A stretch of DNA of 64,000 nucleotides, taken from positions 2,300 through 66,299 of the forward strand of contig JAQGGW010000007.1 of assembly GCA_028289135.1 (NCBI GenBank), given 5' to 3'. Of the stretch, positions 49,661 through 61,965 are shown piece by piece (position 1 is the first letter of the stretch; every line of letters starts with the position of its first letter). The notes below the pieces were generated by a model. It saw only the letters and a list, made by a program, of their open reading frames with translations, ran no database searches and was not told the DNA's origin. The position numbers and the translations under genes are program-made. The stretch is from Candidatus Saccharimonadota bacterium. GTDB lineage: Bacteria; Patescibacteriota; Saccharimonadia; Saccharimonadales; JACDBH01.

Positions 49661-49876
49661 AAAAACCGCCCTTGGATTACTCCTAGAGCGGCTTATGGTT
49701 CCACACCTCATATAACCTTAAAGGCTATATTGTTAATTCTGGACGTCTATGACAATTGGCCGGGGCCGTTGTAGACGCTGCTTGGCAGGCTTCGGTGTTG
49801 TTAACTCTTCGTAAAACAACACGAATCCCTCAAGTGCATGTGCACGAGTGGTACTCACTCAGTTCTCCCGATTAAC
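49661..49876 (-). ncRNA. Candidate structured ncRNA or leader (~215 nt), family not recognised
   Basis: TTGACA(49911-49906)-17-TAGCAT(49888-49883); four hairpins; terminator ccgctct..agggcgg-ttttt. Confidence 0.55.
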
Positions 49877-49955
49877 TTGATTATGCTAACACATAATATT
49901 ACTATTGTCAATGCTTATGCTTAACCCAACAGGGGTGACGTAGCAAATTCTACAA

Positions 49956-50474
49956 TTACAGTTCTCTATATTCGGGATGGACCTTAGTAATTTGTCCCTG
50001 GTCATTTATGTTAATTTTGGGTTTACCTTCCCACGTAAGCATATGACCATTGAAATCAGGGAAGCTAATTACACTTGCGTTGAGATCGTTATCTCGCATT
50101 TCGATAGCATGACGCCCATCGCCTTCTAAAGCAATGTAATTTGCACTATGCTGAGGGTTGCTTATATCGGCGATAAAAGCCTCAACTTCATTTTTACCTA
50201 ACCCCTCAAGTGCGCTATCTGGATCGGTGACTGCTCCATAACCAGTTGGATCTGCCTGCAATGCCTCTTCAAATGCGCTTTGTTCAGGGTCCTCGAGGCG
50301 CTTAATTTCTTTTCTAAGCCCATTAAGCGTTTTTTCTTCTACGAAGTCCATAAGTCGGAGAATGTCTTTGGTGTCCAACTTATCCGCTTTGAAAGCTTTT
50401 AGCGGGTTAAAAAAATCATGCTTATTATTTTGTGGACCTTCGCTTGAATTGTGGCTTTCTGGTGAATGGGGCAT
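49956..50474 (-). CDS. Hypothetical protein (paralog of 50498-51025)
   Basis: TGYGAVTDPD, SFPD..GH.L.WE, IN.QGQI shared. Confidence 0.75.
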   Translation of the reverse strand: MPHSPESHNSSEGPQNNKHDFFNPLKAFKADKLDTKDILRLMDFVEEKTLNGLRKEIKRLEDPEQSAFEEALQADPTGYGAVTDPDSALEGLGKNEVEAFIADISNPQHSANYIALEGDGRHAIEMRDNDLNASVISFPDFNGHMLTWEGKPKININDQGQITKVHPEYREL

Positions 50475-50497
50475 TTATATTTTCCTTTTTCTAGAAT

Positions 50498-51025
50498 CTA
50501 AAACTGTTCTGGAGGTGGACTAAGGATTTGTCCTTGGTTATTTATGGAAACAGGATCTTCAACTTCCCATTGGAGGACATGGGTACCTGTGTCGGGAAAG
50601 CTAGAGATGCCCGCGCTTGTCCGTCTGTGCGCATACACCGCATTACGAATATCTTCATCAGGGAATTGTTCTAGGTATTTTATGTATGAAAGGTTGGGAT
50701 CGCCTTCCATTTCTTTATATCTTTCGGTTTTTTGAGGATCAAGCAGATCATTAACGGCTTCGTCTGCGAGTTCAATTAGTGCTTTGTCGGGATCAAAAAT
50801 TGCTCCGAAGCCTGTACCATGATCTCTAATTATATTAAACAATTGGTCTGTATGACTTATGCCTTCATCATCTGGACGAGTCAGTTTTATATAATCTCCA
50901 GCAGAACGCTTGCCAAGATATTCAATAGCTTTGTCCTGAAACGCTTTTGGCTGGCGGGCAGCTTCAATGGCCGCTTTGAGGTCTTTATTATTGGAGCTAT
51001 CTTTGAAAGGGTTTTGTTCTGCCAT
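50498..51025 (-). CDS. Hypothetical protein (paralog of 49956-50474)
   Basis: TGFGAIFDPD, SFPD.G.H.L.WE, INNQGQI. Confidence 0.75.
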   Translation of the reverse strand: MAEQNPFKDSSNNKDLKAAIEAARQPKAFQDKAIEYLGKRSAGDYIKLTRPDDEGISHTDQLFNIIRDHGTGFGAIFDPDKALIELADEAVNDLLDPQKTERYKEMEGDPNLSYIKYLEQFPDEDIRNAVYAHRRTSAGISSFPDTGTHVLQWEVEDPVSINNQGQILSPPPEQF

Positions 51026-51099
51026 AATTTTATAATCCTATATTATCATAATAGCATAAACATGATGTAAAGTCAACGGATGTGCTATACTTAACCCCG

Positions 51100-52191
51100 G
51101 TGAATGATCTAAAACTGAATATATTTGAAGAGATAAATCAAAGTCCTAATGGGCCGCGAAGTGGGGTTTTAAAGACGCGGCGGGGTGATGTGAAGACGCC
51201 GACTTTTATGCCGGATGGGACGCGGGGCGTGGTTAAAAGTTTGACTGCAGAGCAGGTGAAGTCGGCCGGGATTGATATTGTGCTGGCAAATACGTTTCAT
51301 CTGCACATACAGCCGGGTGAGGATGTGGTGGCAAAACTTGGCGGGCTGCATGAGTTTGGTAAATGGCAGGGTCCAATGTTGACTGACAGCGGCGGTTTCC
51401 AGGTTTTTAGCTTAAGCAAACTGCGCAAGATTACCGAGGATGGCGTGACTTTTAAAGATCCGGTGACGGGCGATATGCGTTTTATTAGTCCTGAAATCTC
51501 GATGCAGATCCAGCTCAAACTGGGCGCGGATATGATTGTGGCTTTTGACCATTTAACAGGGCTGGACGAAGAGTCCATCAAAGATACGCAGGAGGCTTTT
51601 GACCGGACGCATAGGTGGTTGGAACGATGCATTGTTGAGTTTAAAAAACTGACCAAGGACATGAAGCCAGAGGAACGGCCGCTACTGTTTGGGGTGGTTC
51701 AGGGCGGATTAGACCTGAGCTTGCGTGAACAAAGTCTGAAAATTATCCAAGACTCTGAAGTGGATGGAATTGCGATCGGTGGTTTGTCTGTTGGCGAGCC
51801 GCGCGAGGAAATGTACAAGGTTTTAAACCACTTGGCACCGCTTTATGACCCAAAACGACCGCGGTTTTTGCTGGGCGTTGGCGATCCGCGCGACCTGCGC
51901 TACGCCATTGAGCACGGGATTGATATGCTGGACTGCGTTTTGCCGACACGCAATGCGCGCCATGCGACGGTGTGGGTGGAGGGAGACAAGCAGATCCACC
52001 TCACAAACGCGCAGTTTATTGATGATATTTCGCCGATCGACCCGGGCTGTGACTGCTACGCCTGCGTTAATAACTATTCCAAAGGCTTTTTGCGGCACCA
52101 GTTTAAGGTCAATGAGCCTTTAGCTGGGAGCTTGGCTTCAATCCATAACTTGCGCTATTTGCAGCGGATTTGTGAAAGCTACCGGATTTAA
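51100..52191 (+). CDS. tgt: tRNA-guanine transglycosylase
   Basis: TPTFMP, TDSGGFQVFSL, GVVQGG, GGLSVGE, DCVLPTRNAR, C.C..C, HNL; GTG start inferred. Confidence 0.95.
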   Translation: MNDLKLNIFEEINQSPNGPRSGVLKTRRGDVKTPTFMPDGTRGVVKSLTAEQVKSAGIDIVLANTFHLHIQPGEDVVAKLGGLHEFGKWQGPMLTDSGGFQVFSLSKLRKITEDGVTFKDPVTGDMRFISPEISMQIQLKLGADMIVAFDHLTGLDEESIKDTQEAFDRTHRWLERCIVEFKKLTKDMKPEERPLLFGVVQGGLDLSLREQSLKIIQDSEVDGIAIGGLSVGEPREEMYKVLNHLAPLYDPKRPRFLLGVGDPRDLRYAIEHGIDMLDCVLPTRNARHATVWVEGDKQIHLTNAQFIDDISPIDPGCDCYACVNNYSKGFLRHQFKVNEPLAGSLASIHNLRYLQRICESYRI

Positions 52192-52661
52192 ACTAGTTTT
52201 TGCCACCAAGGATAGAAGCGGCGAAGATATTTATCTTCGAGCCGCATGATTTTATAGGCATGGTCATGTGTAACACTAGGGAATTCTTTGGACATCTTTT
52301 TTGCTAAGGCATTTCTTGATCCTGTGTATTCAACAATGCTAGCAGCAGCTCTTGCACTGCCAGTGCCTCCATGGCTTTCAAAATTGCGATTTTTAAAATG
52401 TTTGTGCTCATATTCAAGAAAAGTGATGAGCTGGTCAGCTGTTATGCCAAGCTGAAGTTGACCGGTTACAAAATTATAGAAATCAGTGGTAAGAAGTTTG
52501 TCGTAGTATTTGGTAGGAGTTTTATCATAAAAAAACCGCCGCCGGAACCACAAGATTGGCCCTGCAAACAAGTAAAAGAGAGTAACTGCACCTAGTGCTA
52601 CTCCAACGATCATTCCGATAGTGTCTCCGAGTGACATGCGCGCCGAGGCAAATATATCCAT
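52188..52661 (-). CDS. Hypothetical membrane-anchored protein
   Basis: N-terminal TM followed by WFRRR. Confidence 0.65.
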   Translation of the reverse strand: MDIFASARMSLGDTIGMIVGVALGAVTLFYLFAGPILWFRRRFFYDKTPTKYYDKLLTTDFYNFVTGQLQLGITADQLITFLEYEHKHFKNRNFESHGGTGSARAAASIVEYTGSRNALAKKMSKEFPSVTHDHAYKIMRLEDKYLRRFYPWWQKLV

Positions 52662-52777
52662 AGGCAAGAGTATACACCTCTTTATTACAGTTAATTTGCC
52701 AAGGAATTAAGTTGTTGGTGTAGGTGTCGTGGGGTATTATTAGCGTAAGTATTAATAAGTGGGCAAGGGCGGACAAA

Positions 52778-55177
52778 ATGGCAGGACGTCAAAAGACGGT
52801 TCATGCGGCGGTTGCGAAGAAAAAAGAAGTTGTCGTGGCTAAGAAACCAATAACCAAAAAGCTTCTTAAAAAAACGCACCAAAAAGCAAAAACTATCAAA
52901 ATCAAACACCATCACGCCAAGGCGTACCGCAAACGGCATGTCAGCGCGCTGTTTTTGTTCATTATTTTGTCATCGGTTTTAATAACCTGGCTACTGATTT
53001 ACCGCGAGCAGGTCGGGCACAGCTTGGACGGCGCCCAAAACTACATTTCGGAGGTTTTTAACCCGGCAACCGTAAGCACTCAGACCGTTTCTTCGACACT
53101 AGGGTTTAGCGTAAGTTATGACATTCGCACCTTTACTGCCAGTGCTATTGATTCTGCTACCGGCGACTTGTTTATTGGCCAGGAACTGGGCGTAAATCGT
53201 GCTTACCAAACGGTCAGGATTTTTACGGGCAACAGCGACATAACAAAAAACAGCCAGCGCAGTTTGACGATTAATTATTATGACAATTTGCCGGTCGCGG
53301 AGCTAACTGACGGCGCGTTAATCCAGCAGGAAAAAACCGTAGCCGAAAATGGCGTAGATACGTCCAAAGCCCAGGTTCGGATGCTTTCTAGCACTACCGA
53401 AAATATAAATGGCACGCTTTTTAGGGCAAGCGAATGGAAAGTCCAGCAGGCTTCTACTTCTTCAATTGCTTCAAAGGTAGCGGTTGGATTCCGTACATAC
53501 GCGGGCGTTGTGCACGGTAAGGCTATGATTATGAAAGTAACCTACGGCATTAGCGGCGGCCAGAACGGGGAAATATTTAAATCCGTAATTTCTTCAATGA
53601 CATTTTCTGGCCGCAAGCAGGCGCAGGCCAAGGCAAGCAAAGTGGTAGCAGACAAAATTAGCAGCAACCGCTCATTGATTGACACGGTTTTGTTTACGCG
53701 GATGGCAAGCGCGGCAACGGCCTTGGACAGCTCGGAGGAAATCAGCTCACGTTTTAGCCCGACGGTCGTAAAGATTTATAACCTGTACTGCATGGATATT
53801 GCGGTTGATGGAACGGCTTATTCAAAGGACACTTGCGAAGGCAGCACGGGGTCAGGGTTTTTTATAAATGGTGATGGCTACATTGGTACAAACGGCCACG
53901 TGGCGTCGGCCGATCCGTTGGATATTGTTATTAATAATGCCATCCAAAACCTGGTGAACGGCGACCAGACTAACTTTAATTATTTGGCAAATGTGGCCGG
54001 CGTGCGCGACACGGACTTTAGCGGCAAAGAGTCTACCAACGAAATTATCGACATTGCGGTTAACAAAATGTACCAGATAAATCCGGCCCGGATAACGACG
54101 ACAAATGCTGTTTATAATCTGATGGTTGGGATTAACGAAAAGCAGCCGAACATCGGGGAAATGATAAAAGACACCCAAAACCGCCAAGTTTATGCTGAGC
54201 AAAGCGGCGTAAAAAAGGCTAAGCTGGTGGCTAAGGATTACAGGGTGGTGGATGGGATTATTGTAAACGGGGCGGCCAGTTTTAAGGCGTCTGACGTGGC
54301 AATTATTAAAATCGATGGAAGCGATTATCCGGTGGCGCACTTAGGCAGTTTGAGCGCGGTTTCGCAGGGCGCGGGGCTGCTGATTTTGGGATATCCAGGC
54401 GAAGCTTCGGACAACGGTTTGGTGGACGCGTCTGTTAGCAAGCCAACGCTGACTGCCGGCAAAGTGTCGTCTATTAAAACTGTGTCTGGCAGCACAAAAC
54501 AGCTGATTGAAACCGACGCCACGATTGGCCACGGAAACAGCGGCGGGCCGGTGTTTGATGAAAGCGGCGACGTGATCGGGATTGCTACTTATACCATTGA
54601 TGGAAGCGGCCAAGGCAACGGGACGTATAACTATATCCGCGACATCCAGGATTTGAAGGATCTTGCGGCTGATAATAACGTGAGTATTAACGGCACCAGC
54701 GCGACCCAGAAAGAATGGAACAAAGGCATTGACCTGTTTTATAATGCGCATTATTCAAAAGCCGTGCAAAGTTTTGTAAAGGTCCAGGAGCTTTATCCGC
54801 AGCATCCAAAAGCCAGTGATTTGATTGCGGCAGCCAATGAGCGGATTGCCAACGGGCAGGAAGTTAAAGATTTCCCATATGTTGTTGTGGCTACTGCGAT
54901 TGTTTCGGTGCTCGGGATTGTAGTTTCGGCATTTGTAATTTTACGCCACCACCGCAAACACAAAGTTTATGTTGCCCAGGTTGCGAACGGTACAATCCAA
55001 CCGATGCAAAAGGGCGACCGGCCGCACCGTCTGAGGTATATTGGCGGCGGTGAGCCAATGGAGCCTGTTGCGCCCGCCGCTGAGCCAGCAGAGGAAACGG
55101 AGAAGCCAGAGGAAGTAGCTGAGTCCGAACAGCCTAAACAAACTGCAAAGCGCCCGCCGCGCAAAGTCCAGTTTTAG
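52778..55177 (+). CDS. Membrane-anchored trypsin-like (S1) serine protease
   Basis: GSGF, TNGHV, SDVAIIK, LGYP, GHGNSGGP; N- and C-terminal TMs. Confidence 0.9.
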   Translation: MAGRQKTVHAAVAKKKEVVVAKKPITKKLLKKTHQKAKTIKIKHHHAKAYRKRHVSALFLFIILSSVLITWLLIYREQVGHSLDGAQNYISEVFNPATVSTQTVSSTLGFSVSYDIRTFTASAIDSATGDLFIGQELGVNRAYQTVRIFTGNSDITKNSQRSLTINYYDNLPVAELTDGALIQQEKTVAENGVDTSKAQVRMLSSTTENINGTLFRASEWKVQQASTSSIASKVAVGFRTYAGVVHGKAMIMKVTYGISGGQNGEIFKSVISSMTFSGRKQAQAKASKVVADKISSNRSLIDTVLFTRMASAATALDSSEEISSRFSPTVVKIYNLYCMDIAVDGTAYSKDTCEGSTGSGFFINGDGYIGTNGHVASADPLDIVINNAIQNLVNGDQTNFNYLANVAGVRDTDFSGKESTNEIIDIAVNKMYQINPARITTTNAVYNLMVGINEKQPNIGEMIKDTQNRQVYAEQSGVKKAKLVAKDYRVVDGIIVNGAASFKASDVAIIKIDGSDYPVAHLGSLSAVSQGAGLLILGYPGEASDNGLVDASVSKPTLTAGKVSSIKTVSGSTKQLIETDATIGHGNSGGPVFDESGDVIGIATYTIDGSGQGNGTYNYIRDIQDLKDLAADNNVSINGTSATQKEWNKGIDLFYNAHYSKAVQSFVKVQELYPQHPKASDLIAAANERIANGQEVKDFPYVVVATAIVSVLGIVVSAFVILRHHRKHKVYVAQVANGTIQPMQKGDRPHRLRYIGGGEPMEPVAPAAEPAEETEKPEEVAESEQPKQTAKRPPRKVQF

Positions 55178-55320
55178 GACTGGCTGCTTTTAAGCCAAAC
55201 CAAGAGAATAATTAGGATAAGAACGATCAAAATAACGACTAAAAGCTCAAGGATGGTGTAGCCGCCCTGGCTGCTGTGAAGTTTCGGTTGGGTGTTTCTA
55301 AGTTTTTTTATGATAAACAT
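55174..55320 (-). CDS. Micro-pilin (48 aa; class III signal peptide)
   Basis: MFIIKKLRNTQPKLHSSQGG|YTILELLVVILIVLILIILLVWLKSSQS; TATGAT -10-like box 6 nt before ATG. Confidence 0.7.
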   Translation of the reverse strand: MFIIKKLRNTQPKLHSSQGGYTILELLVVILIVLILIILLVWLKSSQS

Positions 55321-55419
55321 AAGCCTATCATAGGTGTAATGCTCGTGCTGCGCAACCTGTTTCGTGATGTATTTTATATGAGGCAAGCATAACCATAATT
55401 TGCTATAATAGTAGGTGAA

Positions 55420-56304
55420 ATGAGGGTGCAAAACACGCAAACATTCTTTGGGGCAGGCTTAAAGCGCTTTGGCCTCTGTTTGAAGCGCCTAAAATATGCC
55501 CGGGCCTGGATATCCGCCGCAGCTGTAGCGGGCGTTTTGTTGGCTCCTTCGGTCGCGAGCGCCGTTACTTTAATTTCCCAGGGCTACAGCACCGACGCCG
55601 TTTTGCCAGCTGGTGCCATAGTGAGCCTAAAAAAAGATTCCATAACAGATGTAACCAGCGCCACGGTGAGCAATGTTGCCAGCACGCTGGGCGTCGTAAT
55701 TGGCGACGGAAGCTCGCAGCTGTCGATATCATCAGTCGGCAAAGACCAAGTCCAGATTGCGACCAGCGGAATTGAACAGGTGCTGGTGTCGGATATGAAC
55801 GGTACGATTGCCGCAGGTGACCAGATAACCGCTTCGCCGATCAGCGGCGTTGGCATGAAGGCCACTGCCAGCGCCAAGGTGGTTGGCGTTGCGCAGGACG
55901 CTTTCCCCAACAGCACCGCCCAAAAAGAAGACTACAAAGATAAAAGCGGGCAGACACATTCTGCCAAACTAGGCCAAGTAGCGGTGCTTGTAAACGTGGC
56001 TTATTACTACAAACAGCCGGACAAAACCATCATCCCATCGACCATACAAAACCTTGCCAACGCGCTGGCAGGCAAGACAGTTAACGCACTGCCGATTCTG
56101 CTCAGCGTTGGTATTTTTATCGTAACGCTTATTGTGGTCGTTAGCATTATCTACGCCCTGATCCACAGCAGTATTATCTCTGTTGGACGCAACCCAATGT
56201 CGCAATCGGCGGTGTACCGTAACGTCATCCAACTTTCGCTTTTGGTGGTGGTAATTTTGGCAGTGGCGGTGATAGCAATTTACATGGTTTTGAGGAAACT
56301 TTAA
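55420..56304 (+). CDS. Secreted-domain protein with C-terminal ATP synthase subunit c-like hairpin
   Basis: Signal peptide (SVASA), ~170-aa beta domain, TM-GRNP-TM; first gene of the F1-like operon. Confidence 0.7.
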   Translation: MRVQNTQTFFGAGLKRFGLCLKRLKYARAWISAAAVAGVLLAPSVASAVTLISQGYSTDAVLPAGAIVSLKKDSITDVTSATVSNVASTLGVVIGDGSSQLSISSVGKDQVQIATSGIEQVLVSDMNGTIAAGDQITASPISGVGMKATASAKVVGVAQDAFPNSTAQKEDYKDKSGQTHSAKLGQVAVLVNVAYYYKQPDKTIIPSTIQNLANALAGKTVNALPILLSVGIFIVTLIVVVSIIYALIHSSIISVGRNPMSQSAVYRNVIQLSLLVVVILAVAVIAIYMVLRKL

Positions 56305-56305
56305 G

Positions 56306-57058
56306 ATGAGTTCTTTATACCTGCAAATATTTTTGGGCGCTGATTTGTTTGTGATTGGCTTGCTAACGCCGCTGATGTTCAAGCACGGCAAAGCGCATAT
56401 TAAAGGCTCAAAACAAGACGATGAAAAGCCGCACCTTACGGAAGCCGATAAAGAGCGGATGCTGCGCGAGTCGGAAGTAAAGTACCAAAAAGTTTTGGAC
56501 CATTCGGTGCAGGTTTTGCAGACAGATTTGGACAAAAGCGCCGAGCAGATTAACGGCCTTGTTACGCGGTTTGCAGGGGTGATTGTCGGCGACGAAATGG
56601 AGCGCTACCGTTCTGAGCTATCCAAGCTGCACAAGCAGGCTGAGGCCGATATGAGCGTTATCAAGCAGGAAATTGGCGGGCATCAGACTGAGATCGAGGC
56701 AAAGTTCCATCAGGAAATGGAGCTCGAAAAACAGCGTTTGATTGCGCAGATCGACACCAAACTTGGTGACGCTGTCGGGTCGTTTTTGGTGGAGACTTTG
56801 CAGCACAATGTCGACCTTGGAAACCAAACGGAATATTTGCTGGCAATGCTTGAAGAGCACAAGCTCGATTTCAGCAAAATCCTTACGGATTCAGAACCGC
56901 CAGAAGAGCGCATAAGCTCTGTTTCTGCTGTCAACGTAGCATCTACTACGCTTCCAGCAGAGAACAAATCTTCTGCATCTCTTCCTGACGGCCCTGAAGT
57001 CCGCGAGGTTTTACAGAAACCGAGCCACGAGTTTAAACAGCAGGTGGATACGAAATGA
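56306..57058 (+). CDS. ATP synthase subunit b-like peripheral stalk protein
   Basis: N-terminal TM plus long charged coiled coil; position before the delta-like gene. Confidence 0.6.
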   Translation: MSSLYLQIFLGADLFVIGLLTPLMFKHGKAHIKGSKQDDEKPHLTEADKERMLRESEVKYQKVLDHSVQVLQTDLDKSAEQINGLVTRFAGVIVGDEMERYRSELSKLHKQAEADMSVIKQEIGGHQTEIEAKFHQEMELEKQRLIAQIDTKLGDAVGSFLVETLQHNVDLGNQTEYLLAMLEEHKLDFSKILTDSEPPEERISSVSAVNVASTTLPAENKSSASLPDGPEVREVLQKPSHEFKQQVDTK

Positions 57059-57540
57059 AACTGAACCTGCAAGACATCATTTTTACCCCCCAAGACCTGC
57101 GTGCACTTACTATGGAAGTCCGCCGCTACGGACGCTGGTTTGCCCAGGAGAGTGTTAAGGCAAAAGTAACCGGCAAAGCTACTACTGAACCGTTTGCAGT
57201 TTCTGAAGCGGCCGCAAGCGTTATCCACGAATATGCTGCCGGGCAGGCAATTACTGGAAAGCTATTGGATAGTTTGATCGTGGAGCTCGATAATTTAGAA
57301 AAAACACTGCCGCACGTAACCATTACGCTCGCCGCAATGCCGGGCAATCTACTCAAAAAAACGCTGACCAATTGGTGCCGCAAAAACATATCTCCCGAAA
57401 TATTGGTCGACTTTAGGTTTAACGCCACGCTGCTTGGCGGCATGGTGGTGCAGCATGGCAGCCGCATTCACGACTGGTCATTTAGACGCATGATTTTGGC
57501 CAACCGTGCTAAGTTTCCGGAGGTGCTGCGCCATGTTTGA
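57055..57540 (+). CDS. atpH: F1 delta/OSCP-like subunit
   Basis: C-terminal N..LLGG.VV..G.RI.D.S motif. Confidence 0.75.
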   Translation: MKLNLQDIIFTPQDLRALTMEVRRYGRWFAQESVKAKVTGKATTEPFAVSEAAASVIHEYAAGQAITGKLLDSLIVELDNLEKTLPHVTITLAAMPGNLLKKTLTNWCRKNISPEILVDFRFNATLLGGMVVQHGSRIHDWSFRRMILANRAKFPEVLRHV

Positions 57541-59075
57541 TAACCAGACATTCCAAGCTCTCGTGGAGGCCAACGGCCTGACTGGCGAAGTAGTGGCCAG
57601 CAACAGCTTTATTATTGAAGTAAAGGGGCTTGAAGGCGTGCGTTTGGGCTCGCAGGTTTTGTTTGAAGACGGGCAGCGCGGGATGGTACGCGAAGCTTAT
57701 GCGGACAAGGTAATTTTGTTTAATATTGATTCCGAAAAAATGCAGCCGGGGACTTTGGCCGTGGTACAAAACGACGTCTTGAGCGTGCCAGTTGGCAAAG
57801 AACTTGTGGGCCGGGTCGTGTCGGCAATGGGCGAACCGCTGGACGGCAAAGGGCCGGTTGCGGCCAAAGAAAAGTCAGGTATTTTTAACCCGGCGCCCGG
57901 AATTATGGCTAGGAGCATGCTAAACGAACAGCTGGCCAGCGGCGTGTCGGCGGTGGACATGTTTTTCCCGGTAGTATTGGGGCAGCGTATCGCGATTTTG
58001 GGCGACAGTAAGTCTGGTAAAAGTACGTTTTTAAGCCAGCTGAGCGCCAGCCAGGAAGGCACCGACCGCGTGGTGGTTTATGTGCTGATTGGCAAGCGCA
58101 AAGTGGACATCGAAATGCTTCTTGCCGGCCTGCGTGATTCGGGCGCGATGGAGCACACGATTGTGGTTTTGGCTGACATTTTTGATTCATTAACACAGTC
58201 ATATTTAGCACCGTATTCGGCCTGCGCCATGGCCGAAAACATATGGTATGGCGGCCGTGACACAATTATTATTTATGACGATTTAAGCTCTCATGCAGAG
58301 GCCTACCGGCAGCTTTCGTTGCTGCAAGAAATCGACCCGGGCCGCGACTCTTATCCGGGTGATATTTTCTATGCCCACTCAAGCTTACTCGAGCGTGCGG
58401 GCAAGCTGCTGACAACCGACAAAACCCTGACTGCGCTGCCGGTAATTATTACGCCAAACGATGACATTACGGCTTATCTTTCGACCAGTATTATGTCGAT
58501 TACCGACGGTCAGATTATCTTTGACCTTGGACTGTTCCGCAAGGGAATCCGCCCGGCCGTTAACGCTGGTTTGTCCGTGAGCCGTGTCGGCGGCCAGGCG
58601 CAAACAGGCAGGCAAAAACGGCTTTCCAGTACTCTGTTTAAAAAGCTTGCCAAGTACAAACAAGCCGAAGAATTTTCACACTTCGGTTCGAGCCTTTCCA
58701 AAGAAGCAAGCATCGACCTGCAAACCGGTAAGCTGATCTATGCGGCGCTGCAGCAGCCGCCAGAAGAGCGGCACACATTGGCTACGCAGCAGCTTATTTT
58801 GGAAACGTTATTGCTTGGCGAAGGCGAGCTGGAATTTGACATTCCGGCACTCAAAAAAGAAGCCACAGAGCGTTCGGCTGAAGCAAAAGAAGAAGCCGAT
58901 TATGACCGGATAGAAAAAGAGCTTTTAAAGAAGTATTCCAGCCCGATTAAAATTGTATTAAAAGCTGGTGAAAAAGCACCGGTAACTATAACTGGACCAG
59001 AACCCGGGATTAAGCCCCCAAAAACTGAAACTGAAGCCGAAATGGATGAAGCGGCCCGAAAGGAAAAGGCAGCCC

Positions 59076-59089
<14 letters not shown>
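57533..59089 (+). CDS. atpA: F1 alpha-like subunit (divergent)
   Basis: GQR..I.GDSKSGKS, YDDLSSHAEAYRQLSLL, PGRDSYPGD.FY.HS.LLERA, SITDGQ, SVSRVGG; GGAGG RBS. Confidence 0.9.
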
Positions 59090-61820
<2,731 letters not shown>

Positions 61821-61838
61821 GGCTGTCGTGTTTTAATC

Positions 61839-61959
61839 AAAAAGATCCGGGCTTGGCCCGGTCTTTTTGCTGAATGGAATGAACTGTAACCCATTCTAAA
61901 AGACATTAGAATTAGAAAAGCTTACATTATGCGGTCCCCGCAAGGCCTGCCTTGTGGGG
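61839..61959 (-). repeat. Composite ~120-bp hairpin element, copy A3
   Basis: Same modules as 26144-26265 and 26293-26411. Confidence 0.8.
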
Positions 61960-61965
61960 TGTGAG

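Noticed and set aside
49661..49876. tmRNA, RNase P or SRP RNA identity for the structured region
   Set aside because: Lacks the tRNA-like T-arm/acceptor, the GAGGAAAGUCC core and the SRP GGAA/AGCAG helix; kept only as an unassigned candidate.
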